Positions 55,957 to 64,000 of a stretch of DNA of 64,000 nucleotides are shown here, in pieces; positions within the stretch are counted from its first letter, which is position 1; every line of letters starts with the position of its first letter. A program made the position numbers and the translations under genes. The notes beneath the pieces were generated by a model that saw only the letters and a program-made list of their open reading frames with translations, ran no database searches and was not told where the DNA came from. Origin of the DNA: Felis catus. Its lineage: Eukaryota. Where the stretch lies: assembly GCF_018350175.1 (NCBI RefSeq), contig NC_058369.1, forward strand, positions 3,474,001 to 3,538,000, in the 5' to 3' direction.

Positions 55957-57113
55957 GGTGTTTGAAGAACACATTTGCCGCCTCGGTGGATGTTTTTCTG
56001 GCTTTGAATCTAATAGGTAGAGAAATGTATTCAAACTTCTGGAAGGGAAGAGAAATAAAGCTGGACCGAGGCCCGCGAGTGGAGCCCTCGCAGCCCCCTC
56101 TCCAGGCTCTGTGCTTGTTCGGGTGTCGGAGGAAGGGATCCCGCTGGCGGCTGGGGGTGGGGGGGACCTGGGGTGGCTCTCCCGGACCCCAAAGCAGGTG
56201 CTCAAGCCATTAGGCCCCCTGTTCCTCACTCTGCCTGTCCCTCTGTGGTACTTGTGAGACCGAGTTTCTCCTTTAGCCCAGCCTCTCGGCCTCTTCCCGC
56301 CTGACCTCTGACCCCTCCTCAGCGCCCCCTCCTTCTCCCCCTGCTAACAGATACCTCAGTGCATGCAAACTTGAACTCGTGCTCCAGACCTTCTAAACCT
56401 CGCCCTCATCAAACCTCACCACCACCTGTCCTGCCTCACGGGCCAGAATCTTGCGAGGCCCCCTTGACTCCTCCTCTGTTTCCAACCCCGGTCCCCACTC
56501 CCCCAGCCCCGCACACACACCCAGCTTGGTCTCAGCTGGTATCAGAATCAGGGTCCTTCCAGTGACACTTCCAACCAGGACCCTTGTCACTCGCTTTGCT
56601 CCACACGGGCCCGGTTGCAGCCAGTTTGGGCCACGTTCCCTTGCATCCACCCTAGGGCCTTTGCACACGCTGTGCCCCCCCCCCTCCAGTCATGCTCTCC
56701 TGACTGCTTTTCTTGGCTGTGCCAATGCATTCTCCGGTCTCAGCTCGGACATCGCCTCCTCGGGGAAGCCCGCCCTGGTCACCTGTTACGTGCTCACTGA
56801 CGTCACACTACACTGTCCTCCAGCTGCCTGTGTGAGGCGGTTTCCCCAGCCGCTTCCCGGTCTAGTGTCCGTCTCCCTCTCTCGATTCTAAACCCCACGT
56901 GGACAGGGATGTTTGTCTACCTTGTTCACTGCTCGTTTGGAACGATGCCTGGCACACAGCAGGTGCTTAATAAATACTTGCCGAGTGAACAAATGAATGA
57001 AGAGATGTCCGGCCATCGGGCCATGCCACCAACGGAAAACTGGGTCAGACGGGTCCAGGCGTTGGGGGTGATTCAAACACAAAAAAGAGGGGGATGGAGA
57101 TGGTTTTACTCAT

Positions 57114-57274
57114 TTTATTTTACGTTTTGAATTGTTTAATGTTTGCTTACTTTTTTTGAGAGAGAGAGAGAGAGACGGAGACAGAGCCCGACGCGGGGCT
57201 CGAACTCACAGACCAGACATCATGATCTGAGCCGAAGCCAGACGCTTAATCGACCGAGCCCCCCAGGTGCCCCC
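57114..57274 (-). mobile_element. CAN-SINE (internally deleted)
   Basis: Reverse-complement consensus. Confidence 0.85.
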
Positions 57275-57518
57275 GTCTTACTCATTTTAAAGCGGGGGGG
57301 GGGTTGCGGTCAAGAACAGAGCGAGCTCCTCTTTTGCAAAAGTGAAATTCACGAACGTAGGTTTGTGTCCATCCGGAGAAGGCTGCGTCAGGGTTCGCTC
57401 CAGACTATCAAGCGCGAACTCACTGGCCCTCTTCGCCTTTATTCACAAATTGCACTGGAGTTAATAATGACGTTATCAACTGCCCTGCCGCTGTGGGTGG
57501 AAGAAAGCTGTCCCTTAA

Positions 57519-57735
57519 GGGACACCCGGGTGGCTCGATCTGTTGAGTGTCCGACTTCGACTCCGGTCATGATCTCTCGGTTCGTGGGTTCGAGCCCCGC
57601 GTCGGGCTCTGTGCCGACAGCTCGGAGCCCGGAGCCAGCTTCGGATTCTGTGTCTCCCCCTCTCTCTGCCCCTCCCCTGCTCTCTCTCTGTCCTCTCTCT
57701 CTCAAAAATGAATGTGCTAAAAACAATGTTTAAAC
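57519..57735 (+). mobile_element. SINEC_Fc-type CAN-SINE
   Basis: Consensus body. Confidence 0.92.
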
Positions 57736-58803
57736 AATTTTTTTAAATGCTTTAAATGAGCACACTTACAGACAGGACAATTCTGCCTCCACAAACTTGT
57801 ACAAAGACGCGGTCCCAAAGAGCTGGTTACCAAGTCGCTTCGCCCTCCCCCCCCAACGGCGAACAACCTAGATGTCCAATGACGGGGTGCACGTCACTTA
57901 CGCTGTGGGAGAGCTGAACCGGGAGAGCTAGCAGAGGAGAGAATTTCGAGGCAGGAGAAGATGTTCTCCGTCTACGAAGGGAAGCAATGGGCTGCACGAT
58001 TCCCTTTTTGGTAAACACACGAAGGAGAGCAGATATATTAGGGACGAGTGGGGGAGGATGTTAGAAACTTCTGGCAACAACTCCCTGCCGTGGGGTGGTC
58101 GTGGGTGACTTTTATTTTCTTTGTTGTTTTCCCCCGGCTTTTGAATTATCTGCAGGGAACATGCGCTCGCTGAATAATGGAACGACAACACGGCAGGTTA
58201 TTTTGGAGAAGCGAAGATGAATTCCGTGGCCGGGGGCGGGGTGTGGCCGTCCGGGGCTGAAGGTGGGTTACGCGTGCGGAGACCCGGCTCTGACTCCTTT
58301 CCGGTGACACAGACCAGGGTCCTTGCAGCCCAGAAATGTCTCCAGACCCCCCCACCTGCCCAGGCTCCCTGTGTCCCGGGTCCCCGAGCTGGCTGTCACA
58401 GGTGAGCTGGGACACTCTGCGAGGGACGAGAGCAACACGGGATTATCAGGTTCCATCTCCGTTGCCGGAGCCTCACTCCCAAGCTTCTCACCTGCCCGGG
58501 GGCCTCCCGACAGCTGCCCTTAACAGAAACCTGAGCCCCTCTTCTCCCGGACCCACCGGGGACACCGCAGATGAGCCGGGGTGGCGGTGCTCCGGGGGGC
58601 CTGTCTGGGCAGCGAGTGGAGTGTGTGAGCACAGCCTGGGGAATCTTAACCCCGTGCCAGCAGAGACCCGAGGCTCAAAGATGCTTAGAAAGTGACATCG
58701 GACTCGCTGGCCTCTCTCGGGCCTCAGCTGCGTCGATGCGGAGCGTTTTATCTCATTGTGGATGGCTCGAATCACCGTCGTTCTGTAAAATCACGTATCA
58801 TAC

Positions 58804-58992
58804 GGGGCGCCTGGGTGGCTCAGTTGGTTAAGCGTCCGACTTCAGCTCAGGTCATGATCTCACGATGTGTGAGTTCGAGCCCCGCGTTGGGCTCTGTGCT
58901 GACGGCTCAGAACCTGGAGCCTGCTTCCGATTCTGTGTCTCCCTCTCTCTCTGCCCCTCCCCTGCTCTCTCTCTCTCTCTCAAAAAGAAATA

Positions 58993-59024
<32 letters not shown>
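58804..59024 (+). mobile_element. SINEC_Fc-type CAN-SINE with long pure poly(A) (young)
   Basis: Near-consensus body; long uninterrupted A tail. Confidence 0.95.
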
Positions 59025-59027
<3 letters not shown>

Positions 59028-59044
59028 AGGTTGTCCCTTGTGTG

Positions 59045-59506
59045 TATAGGTTGGGGGTTCCAAAGACTCCCACCGAGGGTTGGATCATTTGCCAGCTCTC
59101 TGGTTCAAGAAAACCTCCCAAGGTTCAAGAAAAACCGTTTACTGACGAGACTACTGGCTTCGTATAAAAGGATACACTCAGCCACAGTCAGATGGAGGAG
59201 GCCCACAGAGCGAGGCACGGGGAAGGGTCCAGAGCTGCCACGCCCTCCCTCCAGCGTCCCCGAGCACTCACCAACCCACCTCTCCAAACCCCAGACTTTA
59301 GGGAATTTATATGCAGACGTCATTATGTAGGCATGATTGATTAAATCATCGGTCATTGGGTGAAGACACTCATTTCACCTTTATTACTCTTATTATTTGG
59401 GAAATTCCAAGGGCTTGAGCAGCTCGGTGCCCGAAACAGGGAGAAAGACGAAACGCACCTCGCTCTAGACCCAGATCTAGATCACCTCATTGAAAGTCAC
59501 AATATC
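59045..59506. mobile_element. MER21-like ERV LTR remnant
   Basis: tataaaaggatacactcag..cagatggaggagg..cattatgtaggcatgattgattaaatcatcggtcattgg resembles the MER21 family. Confidence 0.6.
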
Positions 59507-59507
59507 C

Positions 59508-59708
59508 CGGGCACCTGGGTGGCTCAGGCTGTTGAGTGTCTGACTCTTGCTTTCGGCTCAGGGCAGGATCTCACAGTTACATGAGTTGGAGCCCCACATC
59601 GGGCTCTGTGCTTGGGATTCTCCCTCTCTCTCTGCCCCTCCCCTGCTCACACTCTCTCTGTCTCTCTCAAAACAAGTAAACAAACTCACCAAAAAAAAAA
59701 AAAAAAAA
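59508..59708 (+). mobile_element. CAN-SINE with TSD
   Basis: TSD tcacaatatc at 59497-59506 and 59709-59718. Confidence 0.9.
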
Positions 59709-59979
59709 TCACAATATCGTACCTCCCCAAGGAGCCCTCCCACCGGCTTTCCTCTCCGAATTTTTACCCCATAATCCTCTTGGCCTTCCCTCCCCATGAC
59801 CCCGAACCTGTGATGTGAACCTGTAACCCCCCTTCCATGGCCAGAGCTGTCCCCCAGGATTCATTTGCGTCTTGTCCTCCAAGCTTTTCAAATTCACCAC
59901 ACGAGACTCTGATACAAAAGGCGGCCAATTCTCACGCCGGTGAGGATAAAAATAAAAGCAACAACCAACCAAATAAAAC

Positions 59980-60625
59980 CACAAGAGCAGGAAACAGCAC
60001 GAGAGGGTGTGGATGCGGAGGAACTGGAGCCCTTTGTGCCCTGTCGGTGGGAATGTAAAACGGCCACCATGGAAAATAGTATGAGCCGTTTGGCATTTCC
60101 TCAGACGTTAAAAATGAAATTATCGCGTGATCCCACAATTCCAGCTGTGGGCGTGTAACAGGAAGGAACCGAAGGTGGGGGCTTGTGGATAGTGGCCCTA
60201 AAGGTAGAGCAAACCAAAGCGCCGATCAGAGACTAGACCAACAAGATGTGGTCTCTGTGCACGGTGGGAGAGCGTCTGGCTTTGAGAAGGAAGGAAATGC
60301 TGACACCTGCCACCGCGCGGATGAACCCAGAGGTCACAGTGCGCGGTGAGAGACGCCAGACGCAACAGGACAAATTCTGTAGGATCCCACTCACAGGGGG
60401 TCCCTAGAGGAGTCCCGGTCCACAGAGACAGAGAGCAGACGGTGGGGGCCAGGGCTGGGGCTGGGGGCGGGGAGTCCCTGCTTCATGGGGACCCAGGTCC
60501 AGCTCTGCAAGTTGACCAAGTTCTGGAGCTCTGTGTCGCAACAGCGTGAACGTACTCAACGTTACTGAGCTACGCGCCTAAAATGATGAAGGTGGCAAAT
60601 TTCGTGTTCCGTTTTCACCACAATA
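59980..60625 (+). mobile_element. Old L1MB-like 3' fragment
   Basis: ggatgcggaggaactggagccc..ggtgggaatgtaaaacgg..gatcccacaattccagc..aaggaaggaaatgctgacacctgc..gttctggagc..cctaaaatgatgaaggtggcaaatttc. Confidence 0.8.
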
Positions 60626-61554
60626 GACCCAGTGCATCCGCGTCTCCCCTCCTCTGCACCTGTATCAGCTTCCAGAACAGTTGGAAAACTGTGAGAAATC
60701 AACCCCCTGACCCAATCAAAGGAGGGACACGGACAGCGAGGCCAGGTTTTGACCAACGTTCTTGCAAGAGCAGGTGTGCAGCAGACCATTTATCTCCCAG
60801 TGTGCTGGTCCCTCCCCTGGCTCCTCATTGGCTGAATACCGCAGAGGGTGCAGCCTTACCCGGAAGTCGCCTATGTCCACGTAAGGCAAAAAGTAGCCCG
60901 ATTGGGACAAACGGACGATTCCGGAGCTGACCCAGAGACTTTCTTTCAGTCCCCGCTTGCTTCTTCGGCGCGTGCTCCTTGCACACCCTGTGAAAACAAG
61001 CCTGAGACGTGGAGGGAGGCCAGGGAGGAACCAGGAAGTGAACCAGCCCTCTAGGGTCTGGGACTCCCCTGGGGGGAGGGTCCGCCCACATCTCCACCAG
61101 GTTGTAACCCTGTTGTTAATTACACAGCACAGCGCCTCTTTGGCATTTCTGAAAATGAATCGTCTCCCTTACTTCTCACAAAAACATGGACACATCTGGA
61201 CAGATGGGAGCCTCCACCCGCCGTGGTGACACCCGGGGAACCCCCAGGCCCTCCAGCCCGCTTCCTCCTGCCGCGCAGCCGCTTTGGCAACCCCGGGGCC
61301 CAAAGCGCAAGCTCCCTCCTGCCTCCAGGAGTTGGGTCCCCGCCTGGGTTATCCTTCCAGCAAGTTGCCAGATCTCTGGCTCATCATCCCAGCCTAAATG
61401 TCTCTTCCTTCTTCAGAAAACCCTCCCTTGACCACTCCCGAACCTAGAGCAGCCCCTCTCCCCTAAGCCTCTGTCTTGTGCATTAGAAAGGACTGGCTTC
61501 TAATAAACGAAACATCGTCAAGGCAATGGGGTGCCCGGCTACTTGCTCTCCCGG

Positions 61555-62070
61555 GTTCACAGCAGCACGCGGCACAGTACCCCAAAGGTAGGAACAACCC
61601 AAGTGTCCGGGAACGGCTGAACAAGCGAGGGAACGTCACCCAGCCTTAGAAAGGAGTCAAAGCTCTGACTTCTGCCCCACCATGGATGAGCCTTGCAAAC
61701 ATGCTGAGCAGAATAAGCCCGACGCCACAGGACAAACACCGCGCGATTCCACGCAGAAGAGGCACCTGACGAGTTCTGTGTGCGGTGATGCAAATGCTTG
61801 GGAATAGTGGCGACGGCTGCACAACGTTGTGAATGTACGTGTGTGTGTACTTTTGAAAGGGAAGGAGCAGGAGGGGCAGAGGGAAAGACAGAAAGAATCT
61901 TCAGCAGGTTCCGTGCTCAGCACAGAGCCCGACGCAGGGCTCGATCCCACGACCCTGGGATCGTGACCTGAGCTGAAATCAAGAGTCGGACGCCAACCAA
62001 CTGAGCCACCCAGGTGCCCTCCATTGTGAATGTACTTCAATGTATACTAAACTGTAACTTAGTGGCTCTC
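61555..62070 (+). mobile_element. Old L1M 3' fragment interrupted by a minus-strand CAN-SINE (61853-62019)
   Basis: gttcacagcagcac..ggaacaacccaagtgtcc..catggatgagccttgcaaacatgctgag; ttgtgaatgtac repeated either side of the SINE. Confidence 0.7.
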
Positions 62071-62227
62071 TATATATTTGCCACTTTATCCACATATGCA
62101 TGTAAGCAACATGAACCCACACAAAGGAATAAGCTGACATTTCAATGATTAGGTTATAAAAGAAACTGACTTCTATCTTGCTCGAGGGCTCTTGTCTCCT
62201 GGCCTTGGACGGTTTAATGAAGCAATC

Positions 62228-62452
62228 GGGGCGCCCGGGGGGGGGGGGGGGGGGCTCAGTCCGTTGGGCATCTGACTTCGGCTCAGGTCATGATCCACAG
62301 TTTGTGAGTTCGAGCCCCTGGTCATGCTCTGGGCTGACGGCTCGGAGCCTGGAGCCTGCTTCGGATTCCGTGTCTCCCCCCCCCCCCTCTCTCTGCCCCT
62401 CCCTGGCTCACGCTCTCTTTCTCGCTCTCGAAAATAAATAAACATTTTTAAA
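62228..62452 (+). mobile_element. SINEC_Fc-type CAN-SINE with poly(G) expansion in the head
   Basis: ggggcgccc-(G)n-ctcagtccgttgggcatctgacttcggctcagg.. Confidence 0.9.
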
Positions 62453-63149
62453 AATTTACTGAAGCAACCCACCGTGTTGGGGACACCCACATGGCAAAGA
62501 CCTCAGGGCAGGCTCCCGCCAGCAGCCTTCCAAAACCTGAGTCCTGCTAACAACCCCCCCCCCCCCCCCCGCCCCCGAGTTTGGAAGTGGATCCTTCTCC
62601 GCTCAGACCTTCAGGTCTCACGTGGTGCAGCCTGAAAGGCTGTGAGGCACAGCACCCAGCTAAGCCCAACCTGAACTTCTGAATCACAGAAGCCATGAGA
62701 TAATATAATTCAAGCCAGTATGTTTTGGGGTTTGGGGTAATCTATTGGGCGGCAATAGCTAGATTTATTACTATTATTATTATTAGAGTAATTTTTATAC
62801 AGTGAGGACGTGAGCTGTCGTAGACATCCCTGCGGGTGGAGGCCCCTTCTCCCAGCTAGGTGCTGGTCCTAGTCTTAACCTCAGTTTCCTCATCTGTAAA
62901 ATGGGGTCAGTATAGGAGAGTAATGAGGATGAAACGCAGGTAAAGCGGTTAGCTGGGGCCCCGCACGCGGGGGTGGTCAGGTGCAGGGGCTCCTGGGATG
63001 AGGATAAGGATTGGGAACAGGGACTGTGTCCCTGCCGCCTTGTCTAGCGTCACCCCCTGTCGGACATGCTGTGACACCTCGGTTGGGGGGGGGGGGTCAG
63101 TACTGCTTGTTAAATGCAAGCTCTGTGCGTCTGTGTTGTGTCTGCCCCT

Positions 63150-63800
63150 GGAGTGGGGCCCGTGCGTGGTGGCTGCGCGTGCGCCCCCTGACTCTCGGGA
63201 TGTGACCACCCACGTGCATGTCCTGTCCGTGGGGGCCTGGGGCGACTGGGCAGGGGGGAGGGGGGAGGCCTGGGGCCCGGGGAGAGCGGGGGGAGGGAGG
63301 CAGCCAGCCTCGCTCTGCCGATCGCCCCCCCCCCCCACGTCCTCGCCTCCCGCCGAGTCTGGAGACCCTCGGCGCAGCCACTTCTCCGCGGCCCTCGGCG
63401 GAGAGGACACGCGGCGGGCGTTGCCCCGGCAACGCCGGGATGCCCAGCAACAAGTCCGCGCCGCGAGTCACGTGCCTGGCGCCGACCAATCCGGGGGCCC
63501 GCGCGGAAGCAGGTCAGCCCGGGCCAAAGTCCGCCTCCCGCCTCCTCCCTCCCGGGCGCGCAGCGCCGAGCTAATTACCGTAATTGCGGCGGGAGAGCTC
63601 CGCGGGGCCGGGGGCGCGGGGGCGCGGGGGCCGGGGCGGGGGGCTGGGCGGGCCCCGAGTCGCTGGGCGCGGAGGGCGGACCTGCGGGACCCTCTCCTTC
63701 GCGCCTTCTCGAAGCCGCCGCCGTGGCCGCCGTCGGAGCGCTTATTAAGCGCCTACTGTGTACATCTGGTGTGGGCGGGGGTGGGGGGAGGACGGAGCGC
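63150..63800. promoter_or_regulatory. Second CpG island: candidate promoter/enhancer with no attributable gene in the window
   Basis: Dense CpG; E-boxes CACGTG 63211-63216 and GTCACGTG 63467-63474; CCAAT 63486-63490; GC boxes; paired TAAT cores 63572-63586. Confidence 0.65.
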
Positions 63801-63923
63801 TTGCAGTGGGGGCGGGGAACCCGAGCCTCCTCCAGGCGGGGTAAACTGGGTTTGGAGGCGGGAATCAGCTCGGTGGGTATGATTCTTAAGATTTGGGGTC
63901 TCAGAACTCTTGACTGTACTAAA

Positions 63924-63967
<44 letters not shown>

Positions 63968-64000
63968 CCTCTGCACTCCTTGGAGTCTCAGTTTCCTTTG

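Noticed and set aside
37200..64000. miR-7-3 hairpin or FEM1A expected from recalled synteny
   Set aside because: I could not find the mature miR-7 sequence or an ankyrin-repeat ORF; presumably beyond the window

Overview
Mammalian genomic DNA from a feliform carnivore (most likely a cat-family species, judged from ~25 SINEC_Fc-type CAN-SINEs and a carnivore L1 3' end). Positions ~211-36600 hold nearly all of DPP9 (dipeptidyl peptidase 9) on the minus strand. I traced two non-coding 5' exons and 19 phase-compatible coding exons with GT-AG boundaries (2583 nt, 861 codons from the long-isoform ATG at 33155). They include the GWSYGG nucleophile and the catalytic Asp. The last exon (catalytic His, stop codon) lies left of the window. 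The CpG-island promoter abuts a convergent tRNA-Gly(TCC)/tRNA-Val(CAC) pair. The remaining ~27 kb is repeat-rich intergenic DNA with a few motif-dense candidate regulatory elements and a second CpG island at ~63.2-63.8 kb. There is no prokaryotic-type system, CRISPR array or second protein-coding gene, and nearly all ORF-track entries are GC-rich noise. The best leads are regulatory: a candidate alternative first coding exon joined in frame by a GC-AG intron, two strong-context uORFs ahead of a weak long-isoform ATG, a duplicated decoy 5' splice site, inverted SINEs flanking exon blocks, perfect kB sites, and a SINE and an L1 inserted serially at one target site. Repeat boundaries are approximate. 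Human comparisons are from memory and need alignment.
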